From NCBI GenBank assembly GCA_963668675.2, contig CAXXMB010000001.1, forward strand, positions 1,344,001-1,408,000: 64,000 nt of DNA, written 5' to 3'. Of this stretch, positions 10,033 through 19,319 are shown one piece after another. The position numbers and the translations under genes were made by a program. The DNA comes from an uncultured Desulfatitalea sp. Its GTDB lineage: Bacteria; Desulfobacterota; Desulfobacteria; Desulfobacterales; Desulfosarcinaceae. The notes beneath the pieces are model-generated. The model ran no database searches, had not been told where the DNA came from, and saw only the letters and a program-made list of their open reading frames with translations. The stretch's first letter is position 1; each line of letters opens with the position of its first letter.

Positions 10033-10810
10033 GCTCTATAATTTCGATTCGTCTGGTTCGAACTGGCGCTTTACTTCCGCCGATCGCAACCTGGAGTACG
10101 GCTCGGACACCTACACCGCCGTGCCGGGATTAAAGCGCGGACCGGTTCGCTCCATGGGATCGATCCACAAGGCGGACCTTGAGATCACCGCACCGCGCGA
10201 CAACGATCTGGTGGGGCTTTTTACGGTGAGCCGGCCCGAGTCCATCGTATCGGCAGCGGTCTTTGAGGCCGATTATCCGGTCACCGAAGTAAACTTGATC
10301 TGGAAGGGGCGCATCGTGGGCGTTGCGCTCAAGGATTCTCTGGCCACGATCGCGTGTGAATCGATCTTTACTTCCCTGGGCCGGCCGGGATTGCGAGCCA
10401 TGTATCAGATCGTATGCCGTCACGGCTTGTATCAGACCGGGTGCAACCTGAGCGCGGGAGATTTTGCAGTGTCGGCCACCGTATCGGCCAACGACGGCCT
10501 GGCGCTCACCATCCCCGCAGCTGCTGGCTATGAGGACGGGTACTTTGCCGGCGGCTATCTGACCTTGGACGGTCAATATGTGATGATCATCAGCCACACT
10601 GGTTCTGCGATCGGCATCGACCGGCCGGTGATCGGAACAGGGGCGGCCACTTTGTTTCCCGGGTGCGATCACAGCATCACGATGTGCCATGCGCGCTTCG
10701 ATAATGTCTTAAACTTCGGCGGGTATCCCTACATCCCGGGACGAACGCCTTTTGCCGGCGGGCAGTCGTTTATAACGGCACCCAGCTCGTCACCCAATGC
10801 GGCGCTTTAA
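10022..10810 (+). CDS. Phage BR0599-family tail hub/baseplate protein
   Basis: GTG start; CRHGLYQTGC and GCDHSITMCHARFDNVLNFGGYPYIP motifs. Confidence 0.85.
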   Translation: MKVELYNFDSSGSNWRFTSADRNLEYGSDTYTAVPGLKRGPVRSMGSIHKADLEITAPRDNDLVGLFTVSRPESIVSAAVFEADYPVTEVNLIWKGRIVGVALKDSLATIACESIFTSLGRPGLRAMYQIVCRHGLYQTGCNLSAGDFAVSATVSANDGLALTIPAAAGYEDGYFAGGYLTLDGQYVMIISHTGSAIGIDRPVIGTGAATLFPGCDHSITMCHARFDNVLNFGGYPYIPGRTPFAGGQSFITAPSSSPNAAL

Positions 10811-11164
10811 ATGCTGAGAAGATATTTTATAGAGATCGTTGTCATAGTTGCTGTCTTGATAGGCATGGTTTTCTTCCAGCGACCGGATCCGGACGGACCC
10901 GTGCTGTATGAGGGCATCGTGTGGTGGGTGGAGCTGATCATATGGCTGGTGATCGCCCTGGCCAGTTATGCATTAACCCCCAGGCCTGATCCTCCGACGC
11001 CTGAAGCACCCAACCCTTATGGCATCGATGAGTTTCGTGTCCCGACCGCCACTTCGGGCCGTGAGATTCCGGTGGTGATGGGAACGCGCTGGGTCGATGC
11101 TCCCAATGTGGTCTGGTACGGCCACCTGCGGGTTGAAGAAAAACGGGAGGAGTCATGCACATAG
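10811..11164 (+). CDS. Small tail assembly protein
   Basis: PTATSGREIPVVMGTRWVDAPNVVWYG motif. Confidence 0.7.
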   Translation: MLRRYFIEIVVIVAVLIGMVFFQRPDPDGPVLYEGIVWWVELIIWLVIALASYALTPRPDPPTPEAPNPYGIDEFRVPTATSGREIPVVMGTRWVDAPNVVWYGHLRVEEKREESCT

Positions 11165-11367
11165 CACCGGGACAAATCTCAGCGGTGGTGCGAGTGCGCG
11201 ATTTAAGACACATGGGCTATTGCCATGCCGGTGCCCGGCGCTGGGCAAAGCGCCACGAGATAGACTGGAACGATTTTGTCAAAAACGGCATCGCGATCGA
11301 GATGCTCGAACGCATCGATGATGCCATGTGCCAACGGCTGGTGGCGGCGGTGAAACATGGGCGGTAA
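11155..11367 (+). CDS. Small phage tail protein
   Basis: YCHAGARRW...IDWNDFVKNGI motif typical of this tail module. Confidence 0.7.
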   Translation: MHIAPGQISAVVRVRDLRHMGYCHAGARRWAKRHEIDWNDFVKNGIAIEMLERIDDAMCQRLVAAVKHGR

Positions 11368-13588
11368 AAGCGATTGTGTAGAGTATACCACCGGGTACCG
11401 GTATTTCCTGGGCGTGCACATGATCGCATGCCACGGGCCGGTCGACGCCGTTATGGGGATGAAGACCGATGACTACCAGGTGTGGAACGGCAATCTTTCT
11501 ACCTCCGAACAAATCGACATTGATCTGCCCGATCTTTACGGCGGCAAGACCAAAGAGGGCGGTGTTTCCGGAGATATCGACATCGAATTCGGCGACGACG
11601 ACCAGGGGCAAAACAGCTATCTTTTGGCGCGATTCGGATCCATGATCCCGGCCTTTCGCGGGGTGGTGGGTTTTGTGCTGCGCCAATGCTACCTGGGCGA
11701 CAGCCACTACCTCAAGCCGTGGGCTTTTAGAATCAGAAATACCAGCCGGATCGCACCAGGCTGGCTGGGCGGCGCTTATTCCAGCGTCCAGGGAGATGCC
11801 AACCCGGCCTATATGATCTACGGCTGCATCACCAACACCCAGTGGGGCATGGGATATCTGCCCGGCGACGTGGACGACGCCTCTTTTAGCGCAGCGGCCG
11901 AAACGCTCTACAATGAAGGGTTCGGTCTGTCGATGATCTGGGACCGGGCCATTTCCATCGAAGACTTCATCGGCGAGATCAAGCGCCACATCGATGCGGT
12001 GCTTTACGTCGAGCGCACCACGGGCAAGTGGGAGCTTCACCTTCTGCGCGACGACTATGATGCCGAGACCCTTCCCGTGGCCGACACGTCGAATATCATC
12101 TCCGTTGAGAGCTATCAGCGTCGCACCCAGGCCGAAATGGTCAACACGGTGGTGCTCAAGTACCGGCGCCACATCACTTCCGGGGATGTGGACGATTCGG
12201 TCACGGTGCACAATACGGCCATGATCCAGCGCCTGGGGCAGACCATCCACAAAACGGTCAACTTCCAGGGCATATCGCGATCGGCCGTGGCCGGCAAAGT
12301 GGCGGCCAGGGAGCTTAAAAGCGCATCGAGCGATCTGTCTTCTCTGGTGTTTACCGCCTTGCCGGTGGGAGATATCGAAGGGCTGCGCGAGGGATCGCCG
12401 TTTAAGTTCACCTGGCCCAAGTACGGTGTGGTCGAAGAGATCATGCGCGTGGTCACCATCGATTGGGGCACGCTCACCGAAGGGCGGGTGCGTATTGCCG
12501 CTGCCCAGGACATCTACGCCAGTGCCGAAGCGATCTATGCCGAGGTGCCGGACAGCGGATGGGCCGACCCGGTCAATCTGCCGGCGCCCTGCCCCTACCG
12601 GCGCCTGGTCGAGCTGCCCTATTACTCCCTGGTGCGCATCTACGGTGAGAATTCTACTTTCTGGGACGGTTTCGAAGATAACTCGGGCGTGCTCGGCACG
12701 CTGTACGTCAAGCCAACCGACGACGCATTTTCTTACCGATTGTGGACGCTGCAGCCTTACGGCCGGTCGCTGACGCCGACCTATTTGGATCGCGGCACGT
12801 TCGCTTTTGCGCCGTCGGGGCTGTTGGCCGTTGCCATCGGTAAAAATGACACGTTGCTTCAAATGGAAGATCTTTCCGGCCTGGACCTGGTCAAAGAGGA
12901 CATCTACGCCTATGTCGGTGACGAGCTGGTCAAGGTTCTAACGGTCAACCCCATATCCGGATCTTGCACCGTGGCCCGGGGCGTGCTCGATACGGTGCCC
13001 GATGATCACGCCGAGTCGACACGGGTGTGGTTTGCCCAGGGGCGCCACGGCACCGATGCGAGGATCCTGGACCAGGGGGAAACCGCCAGCGCCCGGGCAT
13101 GCCCGATCACCGGCAAGGGCGAGCTGGATATCGCGGACGCTCCCACAAACACCATGGATTATGACGCCAGGGCTATCCGCCCCTATCCGCCGGGCAATGT
13201 GCAGATCAACGCGGAGGTCTACCCGGACGAGATCGCCGGGGCATTGAATGTCACGTGGGCCCATCGGGATCGGCTGCAGCAGACCGCCTACATCGTCGAG
13301 CAGGACGAGGGCAACATCGGCCCCGAGGCGGGCACCACCTACCGGCTGCGCATCTATGGCGAGACCGGCACGCTGCTTCGCACCTGGTCGGGGATCACCG
13401 GTACCGAACAAATCTACCCCATCGCCCAGGAGATTGCCGACAGCGGCGCCCTGGGCCGGGCCAACGAATCGCTTCGCATCGTGCTCGATGCCCAGCGCGA
13501 CGGCTGGGACTCCTGGCAGGCCCATGACCACACAATCGCCGAATGCCAGGGCTACGGCATGTTTTACGGAGAATACTACGGAGAATAG
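11357..13588 (+). CDS. Tail tip / central fibre protein (Phage-tail_3-like)
   Basis: GYRYFLGVHM...CHGPVD, DANPAYMIY, RGVLDTVP, RPYPPGNV motifs. Confidence 0.85.
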   Translation: MGGKSDCVEYTTGYRYFLGVHMIACHGPVDAVMGMKTDDYQVWNGNLSTSEQIDIDLPDLYGGKTKEGGVSGDIDIEFGDDDQGQNSYLLARFGSMIPAFRGVVGFVLRQCYLGDSHYLKPWAFRIRNTSRIAPGWLGGAYSSVQGDANPAYMIYGCITNTQWGMGYLPGDVDDASFSAAAETLYNEGFGLSMIWDRAISIEDFIGEIKRHIDAVLYVERTTGKWELHLLRDDYDAETLPVADTSNIISVESYQRRTQAEMVNTVVLKYRRHITSGDVDDSVTVHNTAMIQRLGQTIHKTVNFQGISRSAVAGKVAARELKSASSDLSSLVFTALPVGDIEGLREGSPFKFTWPKYGVVEEIMRVVTIDWGTLTEGRVRIAAAQDIYASAEAIYAEVPDSGWADPVNLPAPCPYRRLVELPYYSLVRIYGENSTFWDGFEDNSGVLGTLYVKPTDDAFSYRLWTLQPYGRSLTPTYLDRGTFAFAPSGLLAVAIGKNDTLLQMEDLSGLDLVKEDIYAYVGDELVKVLTVNPISGSCTVARGVLDTVPDDHAESTRVWFAQGRHGTDARILDQGETASARACPITGKGELDIADAPTNTMDYDARAIRPYPPGNVQINAEVYPDEIAGALNVTWAHRDRLQQTAYIVEQDEGNIGPEAGTTYRLRIYGETGTLLRTWSGITGTEQIYPIAQEIADSGALGRANESLRIVLDAQRDGWDSWQAHDHTIAECQGYGMFYGEYYGE

Positions 13589-13591
13589 ACC

Positions 13592-14071
13592 ATGGCAGCT
13601 TCAAACGACCCTAATTTGAATCTTTACTACGGCTGGTATCCGCGCGAATCCGGCTGGAACACCGGCATGGACGCCAACCTGAAAAAGCTCGGCGCGGTGG
13701 TGCACCTTTCTGTCATCAGCATGGACACCGATGTGCCGGGTAGCCCGGCCGATGGCGATCGCTATATCGTGCCCGCCGGCGCCACCGGGGATTGGTCCGG
13801 ACACGATGATGACGTTGCCGTGCGCGTGGCCGGCGCCTGGGAGTTCTACACCCCGGCCAGGGGATGGCGCGCCTGGGTGGAAGACGAAAACGCAGAGGCG
13901 GTGCGCAGCGCCTCGGCCTGGGAGCTAATCACCAGGCCCCAATGGGTGGACCCGCCCGCATCGGCATCAGCCGCCGGCACACCCGGGCAAATGGCTTACG
14001 AGTCCGGCTATCTTTATGTGTGCGTGGCCGCAGACACCTGGCAGCGCGTGGCCATTGCCACCTGGAGCTGA
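13592..14071 (+). CDS. DUF2793-domain tail fibre-associated protein
   Basis: PGSPADGDRYIVPAGATGDWSG...WEFYTPARGWRAWVEDE; C-terminal YLYVCVAADTWQR repeat. Confidence 0.85.
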   Translation: MAASNDPNLNLYYGWYPRESGWNTGMDANLKKLGAVVHLSVISMDTDVPGSPADGDRYIVPAGATGDWSGHDDDVAVRVAGAWEFYTPARGWRAWVEDENAEAVRSASAWELITRPQWVDPPASASAAGTPGQMAYESGYLYVCVAADTWQRVAIATWS

Positions 14072-14081
14072 ATGCACCGCG

Positions 14082-14165
14082 ATGATCAGAAAGGTTCGTA
14101 TCGTGCTTTCAATCCTGATTTTGATCGATGTGGCCCTGGTGCTGGCCATCGCAATGTATCGCTGA
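14082..14165 (+). CDS. Putative 27-aa single-TM peptide
   Basis: MIRKVRIVLSILILIDVALVLAIAMYR read by hand; no clear RBS. Confidence 0.3.
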   Translation: MIRKVRIVLSILILIDVALVLAIAMYR

Positions 14166-14190
14166 TGATCCATCGAGGGGAGGAGGCCCC

Positions 14191-14532
14191 ATGTCACTAT
14201 CCAGCGATGACCTGATCCAGATCGAAAAGATCGTTCAGAACACGACGCAAAGCGGCTGCAAATGCGGGTTGTCGGATTCATCGCAGGCAGAAATGGGGCA
14301 TTTGATCGGCCGGTTCAAAGATATCGGCGACGGCAACTTGAACAAGGGCATCGAGGAGGCCAGTGAGGCCATCAAGGCGTGGATCCGGATCAGGCGGCGC
14401 GGTGAAAAGGTCGGCGGCGCGGTAGCGTGCTTTATCGCGGTTTCTATCTTCGGGGGCGTCGGCACGCTGCTTTGGATCGGCATCAAGTTCGCGCTGAAAA
14501 TGTTGAACGTCGATACCGGGGTTAAGCAATGA
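14191..14532 (+). CDS. Membrane protein with C-terminal TM helix (lysis-region, holin-like)
   Basis: GGAGGAGG RBS; hydrophobic AVACFIAVSIFGGVGTLLWIGI. Confidence 0.55.
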   Translation: MSLSSDDLIQIEKIVQNTTQSGCKCGLSDSSQAEMGHLIGRFKDIGDGNLNKGIEEASEAIKAWIRIRRRGEKVGGAVACFIAVSIFGGVGTLLWIGIKFALKMLNVDTGVKQ

Positions 14533-14738
14533 AAAGCGATACGGATAGCTTCAAGAAAGGCCCTCGAGGTGAACGGGTCGCCGCCGTTTGCCCCTACTGC
14601 GGCATCCGCATCCAGGTCAAGACCTGCCTGTGTGCGAAATGCCATGTGGCCTGGGACATGGAACCGGCCGTGCTGCGAAAGATCGCCGCCGCCAAACAAA
14701 GGGCCCTGCAGCGCACCCGCAAACAGACGCCGTCGTGA
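14529..14738 (+). CDS. Small zinc-ribbon protein
   Basis: CPYC and CAKC motifs; ATGA overlap. Confidence 0.5.
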   Translation: MKSDTDSFKKGPRGERVAAVCPYCGIRIQVKTCLCAKCHVAWDMEPAVLRKIAAAKQRALQRTRKQTPS

Positions 14739-14845
14739 GCTTTACGAACTTTACGCACGACGATCGCCCGGTGTTTACCGGGCATATCTTCTCCCGGCGC
14801 AAAGATTTACTTCAACCCGCAACTTAGCAAAGGAGAATTAAAAGC

Positions 14846-15484
14846 ATGGAGACGAACCCCGTTCAAACAGACCCCTCGAAAACAGATCCATGGATCGGCA
14901 GCGTGGTTTGGGGCCGCATCGGCGCCGCGGTCATGGTGCTCACCGCCTTTATCCTGCAGGGCCTGGGCATCGAGTTCGGACAGGACGACCAGCAGGCCTC
15001 CTTCGGTGCTGTGGAGTCCATCCTGGCCGCCGCCGGCGTCCTCTTGGCCATCGTGAGCAAGTACCGCCAAAAGGCCCTGGAAAAACGCTCCGGACAGGCC
15101 GGATCGGCCGCCCTGCCCCTGCTGCTCGCCCTGCTCGTTGCCGGCATGCTGGCGGTATCCCTTTCCGGCTGCGGAACAAATCAGACAGCCACCCAGCAGA
15201 TCATGAGCGAAACCACCGATCCGCATGCCATCGCAAAGGCCGTCTACCTGGACGCGCGGACCTGGTACAACGACGCCCAGCAGAGCCTTATCGACTGCCA
15301 GGCGTCGCTGACCATCGAAAAGCGTCGGCAGTTCAACGCCCGCCTCGACGAAGTGGGCCGGGCCCTGGACCTGTGGGGCGCCACCCTGGCCCTGGGCCGC
15401 GACGACGGGTTCGAAAAAGCATCCTTCCGCGAGGCAAAGAACCGGCTGATCGACGCAGGCTTTTTGCTGCTGACCGAAGAATAA
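14846..15484 (+). CDS. Holin-like 2-TM domain fused to a lipoprotein (internal lipobox LSGC)
   Basis: AGGAG RBS; two TM segments, then a third hydrophobic segment ending LSG-C. Confidence 0.55.
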   Translation: METNPVQTDPSKTDPWIGSVVWGRIGAAVMVLTAFILQGLGIEFGQDDQQASFGAVESILAAAGVLLAIVSKYRQKALEKRSGQAGSAALPLLLALLVAGMLAVSLSGCGTNQTATQQIMSETTDPHAIAKAVYLDARTWYNDAQQSLIDCQASLTIEKRRQFNARLDEVGRALDLWGATLALGRDDGFEKASFREAKNRLIDAGFLLLTEE

Positions 15485-15507
15485 CCCCATCGAAAGGAGA
15501 CGACACC

Positions 15508-15699
15508 ATGGCAATGACCAAGGAAGAGGCTGCCCTGTGGGCCGCCGGGCTAAAGCTGTTGACCGATATGGTGACCATGGCCATCGGCCGCAATGTCACC
15601 GTGGCTGAACTGGATGCGGCGATCGCCGACGAGGAGGTCCGCTCGCACATGCTGGAAGAGCAGCGCCGGGCGGCTTTGAATGAGGCTCATACGGGCTAA
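15508..15699 (+). CDS. Small phage protein
   Basis: AAGGAG RBS; 63 aa helical protein. Confidence 0.55.
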   Translation: MAMTKEEAALWAAGLKLLTDMVTMAIGRNVTVAELDAAIADEEVRSHMLEEQRRAALNEAHTG

Positions 15700-15729
15700 A
15701 GGTCAGACTTAAAACACGCATAAAACTCC

Positions 15730-15755
15730 GGGGCGGCACGGTCTTGCCGCCCTTT
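15730..15755 (+). terminator. Hairpin terminator at end of late operon (possibly bidirectional)
   Basis: GGGCGGCA-CGGTCT-TGCCGCCC-TTT between convergent genes. Confidence 0.55.
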
Positions 15756-15978
15756 AAAGCTTCTTTTGCACTTCTTCTTTATCAAGGTCGCAATCGCGCA
15801 ATATCCGCGCAAGAAGCCCTCTCCCGATGGTCTCACCCTTATGGATGGGAACGACCGTGCACCGGCCGTCTGTATGTTGAAGGAAATGATGGCTTCCCTT
15901 GACGCGCACCACTTCAAATCCGAATTTGCGCAATGCCCGAACAAGCCGGCTGCCGGTAACCGATGGGAAGGTGGTCAC
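15754..15978 (-). CDS. hicA: HicA-family toxin (mRNA interferase)
   Basis: LRKFGFEVVRVKGSHHFL...VVPIH...GRGLLARILR. Confidence 0.9.
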   Translation of the reverse strand: MTTFPSVTGSRLVRALRKFGFEVVRVKGSHHFLQHTDGRCTVVPIHKGETIGRGLLARILRDCDLDKEEVQKKL

Positions 15979-16181
15979 GAGTTGACCGCCACCTTTTGAA
16001 CGCCGATGAACTCATTCAAGACCGGCTCTTCCACCTCGAGACAAAGTTCGATCGCCTCCTTGATTCTCTTCATCAGGACATCCAGAGACTTTGCCTGGGT
16101 GTGGCATCCCCGAAGCGCAGGAACGGTACCCACAAAGTAACCATCCTCGTCTTTTTCGATGATCACGCTGAACTCTCTCAT
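15975..16181 (-). CDS. hicB: HicB-family antitoxin (short, no DNA-binding domain)
   Basis: FSVIIEKDEDGYFVGTVPALRGCHTQAKS...IKEAIELCLE. Confidence 0.9.
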   Translation of the reverse strand: MREFSVIIEKDEDGYFVGTVPALRGCHTQAKSLDVLMKRIKEAIELCLEVEEPVLNEFIGVQKVAVNS

Positions 16182-16295
16182 CGTTTAGCCTCCCGGTACC
16201 CATGGAAAAAATGCGAATAATTAAATATTTAGAATCATCAGGCCTGAATTGCAAGCGGTTCAAGCAAAAAGCGCTTTGAAAGACGGCCCACCGGA

Positions 16296-16988
16296 TCAAA
16301 ACCCGAACTCCATCTGTACGGGCGCAAGGTTGGAAGGATCGTTGTGGCGCACCGAGTTCACCTCCCGGGTCACGGGGTGGAACTTCAGGTCGGTCAGCGC
16401 CTTTTCGTCGAACAGGCGTCCGAGCAGCGCTGCATCCCCGTTGCCAGGGTCGAGCCAGGGGTCGTAGGCCTCCGGAGACAGGATCACCGGCATGCGGTGA
16501 TGCAGTTGCTGTATGGCGCCTGCGGCCGGCCGGGTGATGATGGTGCACGATCGATAGGGTTCCCCCTCTTTTTCCTTGTCGTGCCAGACCTCCCACAGGC
16601 CGGCAAAGGCGAAGGGCTTTTCTTCGGGCAGGGTGATGTACATCGGCTGCCTGCTCCCCTTCTTTCCCGCCCACTCGTAAAAGCCATCTGCCACGATGAG
16701 GCAGCGCCGCTTCTTGAACGCCTCACGGAAACTGGGCTTGGCCGCCACGGTCTCCACCCGCGCGTTGATCATCTTGTAGCCGATGGACCGGTCCTTGGCC
16801 CAGAAGGGCACCAGGCCCCAGTGGTACCGGTCCAGGATGTTCCTGCCGTCGTGTCTTGCAATGGCCAGGATCTGCTGGGTAGGCGCCACGTTGTAGTTGG
16901 CCACCGCATCGCAGCCCACGGCTTCGTCAATGGGGAAATATTGCTTGAGCTGCTCGATGTTTCTGAATCCGACAAACCGGCCGCACAT
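16296..16988 (-). CDS. SOS response-associated peptidase (SRAP/YedK/HMCES abasic-site protein)
   Basis: N-terminal MCGRF, NYNVAPTQ, INARVET, GFYEW, HHRMPVIL. Confidence 0.95.
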   Translation of the reverse strand: MCGRFVGFRNIEQLKQYFPIDEAVGCDAVANYNVAPTQQILAIARHDGRNILDRYHWGLVPFWAKDRSIGYKMINARVETVAAKPSFREAFKKRRCLIVADGFYEWAGKKGSRQPMYITLPEEKPFAFAGLWEVWHDKEKEGEPYRSCTIITRPAAGAIQQLHHRMPVILSPEAYDPWLDPGNGDAALLGRLFDEKALTDLKFHPVTREVNSVRHNDPSNLAPVQMEFGF

Positions 16989-17690
16989 GGCGTCACCTCT
17001 TTTAATACAAATCTCCCTCTATGTCCCATCTTTAGACTGATTGGCACCGGCCCGTCAATACAGCCCTCTTTTCCCTCCTAACATTTTGTTATAATATCTT
17101 TTTCAACTATTTCATTGACATAAGAAAGCCATGGCGTTACGTAACAAGCAATCCTTATTGCAAAATGACATCTCCAACTTCAATGGCCCCGAACAGAAGT
17201 TCACGTGTACTACTAGGTCAATGAGGACCCAATCAAACAACTGGGCCGCCCAAATTTTGGATATAAACGTTTTTTTGCATTCGGCCCGCACTGAACAACC
17301 GGCAATTGGAATGGCTTAAAGATTTTTCCGTGTTTTCGTATTGGGTATAAAATCGTTTTGTTAAATACGATATTGTTTGAGTTGTTTGATCTGATCTTTC
17401 CAAATGGGAAAAGATGTGCCGGAATGCTCGCATTTTCCGGTTCAATATTTTATCTGGTTCGAAGCTAACCTTTTGTATTTTTGTTCAATATTTATCTATC
17501 TCGGACTTGGTCGGTAATTTGATATCGTGCACTTTTGCTTGCATATTGGATATTGGCTGGAAAAACGATCTAAAATGTTCGTTTTGCCGGTTTCAATATG
17601 AACCGGACTTGGGTGTTATTTACCTGTATTTATATTCTGTTACTGGCGGAGATGGGGATTAGCCTCAATGGGATATCGAGCGTATTTGCT

Positions 17691-17708
17691 CGCTAATAAT
17701 GGTTATAT
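17691..17708 (+). other. Putative attI-like site / first cassette boundary (G|TTATAT)
   Basis: CGCTAAT-AATG-GTTATAT; GTTATAT is the reverse complement of the first cassette's 3' core ATATAAC; no attC hairpin upstream. Confidence 0.6.
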
Positions 17709-17715
17709 TTGAATC

Positions 17716-19239
17716 ATGATAAAATATTTAACTCTGAAAAATCATAAAGCCCTTCAGAGGGTAAGTTTAGAAAATCTTGGTCATATTAATATTATATGCG
17801 GGAAAAACAATAGTGGTAAAACCACGTTGTTGGAAGCAATGTGTAATGATAAGAAGATCGGGGTAGGAAAAGAAGTGGCCGGTTCATCCGATTGGCTTTT
17901 GAGCCTTTTTGAGCCTATAGCGAATAATTATACAAGGCCTGCTCCAAGAGTTTCAATGGAATGGTTTCGAGAGTTCATAAGCAATGAAATAGCGCACGGC
18001 AAAGTTTGGTTTTCTGATGAAAGGGAAGAATTAAATCAACAAATTAGAGAATCTATAGGCCAACATAATGCTCTTCGTGGTTTCGGTCCTGATACTTTTA
18101 ATTTTAACAATATTATCAATACGTTTTTTCAAAATAGCATTGAATATTTTAATCCGATATTGATTCCTCCAAAAAGAAAATTGGAATTTAAAACTGATAT
18201 CAGTCTAAATCAAGATGTGACGCCTGCGGGCCAGGGGTTGCTTAACAAGCTTTTTTTTCTAAAAAATCAAGATTTGGAATCTGCATCATACAAAACATAT
18301 AAAAAAATATATGAAACTTTCGAAACTATAACAAATTCAAAATTCAACGTTGTCCCAAACACAGACAACATGATTGAGCTATTTTATAAAGCAGAAAATA
18401 GTTGGATTAATGCGGAGGCATGCGGATTAGGCTTAACAGATGTGTTGATCATTGTTACAGTTCTTAATGTTTTCGATAACAAGGTTGTACTAATAGAAGA
18501 ACCTGAAAATCATTTGCATGCCGATTTTCAAAAGCGCTTGTTATCTTATCTTACCACTATTAAATCTAAACAGTTTTTTGTCAGCACTCATTCGTCAGTG
18601 TTCTTAAATACTGATATAATAAATAAAATATTTTACTGCCAAAATAATACAGAAATTGCAATTACAGATCAAACAACCAAATCTCAAATAATCAATGCAC
18701 TTGGTTATTCTATTACAGAAAATTTAGTCGCAGACATAATAATTTTACTTGAAGGGCCAACAGATATTCCTGTTGTTAAAGAAATGCTGAAATGGGTTGG
18801 CATCGGTAGTCATCATAATATTAAATACTGGCCTTTAGGTGGTGATATTATGTCTTCACTTGATTTATCAGTATTTGCAGAAAGAAATAATATTTTTGCT
18901 CTTATTGATTCGGATCCAGGCAGTAGATCACAAAGAACAAAATTTTTAAGAAATTGTAAAGAACATCAAATATATTGCATGAAACTCAAAAGGTACTCTA
19001 TTGAAAACTATTTCAATTTGGAAGCATTAAGAAAAATATTCCCAGAACAAATCCCCAAAAGGGTTAAAGAAATATTACCATTAGAGTCAGTTGATGTACA
19101 AATAGGTTTTAAAAGCAAAAATAAATCTATCAAGTCCAAGAATTACCAAATTGTAAGGGAAATGGAGTTAGAAAATATAAAAGGTACAGATCTTGAGAAT
19201 TTTTTAATAGTCATTAAAAAGTACATTGAAAAAACGTAA
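17716..19239 (+). CDS. Cassette 1: OLD-family ATP-dependent nuclease (ABC-type ATPase + TOPRIM)
   Basis: Walker A GKNNSGKT, Walker B VVLIEEPENHLH, STHS, TOPRIM LLEGPTD...DSD, SIENY. Confidence 0.85.
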   Translation: MIKYLTLKNHKALQRVSLENLGHINIICGKNNSGKTTLLEAMCNDKKIGVGKEVAGSSDWLLSLFEPIANNYTRPAPRVSMEWFREFISNEIAHGKVWFSDEREELNQQIRESIGQHNALRGFGPDTFNFNNIINTFFQNSIEYFNPILIPPKRKLEFKTDISLNQDVTPAGQGLLNKLFFLKNQDLESASYKTYKKIYETFETITNSKFNVVPNTDNMIELFYKAENSWINAEACGLGLTDVLIIVTVLNVFDNKVVLIEEPENHLHADFQKRLLSYLTTIKSKQFFVSTHSSVFLNTDIINKIFYCQNNTEIAITDQTTKSQIINALGYSITENLVADIIILLEGPTDIPVVKEMLKWVGIGSHHNIKYWPLGGDIMSSLDLSVFAERNNIFALIDSDPGSRSQRTKFLRNCKEHQIYCMKLKRYSIENYFNLEALRKIFPEQIPKRVKEILPLESVDVQIGFKSKNKSIKSKNYQIVREMELENIKGTDLENFLIVIKKYIEKT

Positions 19240-19299
19240 TATAACCCTTCGCTGTTGGGGACGGCGAGGACCATGCCGCCCCAAAGCGATACGTTATGA
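19239..19299 (+). repeat. attC site 1
   Basis: ATATAAC-CCT-TCGCT[G]TTGGGG[A]CGGC-loop-GCCGCCCCAAAGCGA-TAC-GTTATGA. Confidence 0.9.
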
Positions 19300-19319
19300 T
19301 TCACTTGGGAGAAAAAATA

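Noticed and set aside
11279..12862. 527-aa antisense ORF and the many similar overlapping ORFs in the track
   Set aside because: Shadow frames of GC-rich genes, with no recognisable motifs.
6418..14071. Diversity-generating retroelement or invertible tail-fibre locus
   Set aside because: No reverse transcriptase, invertase or template/variable repeat pair seen in the window.
17233..17445. 70-aa minus-strand ORF as an intI N-terminal remnant
   Set aside because: No convincing IntI motif by eye and no RBS; needs tBLASTn to exclude fully.
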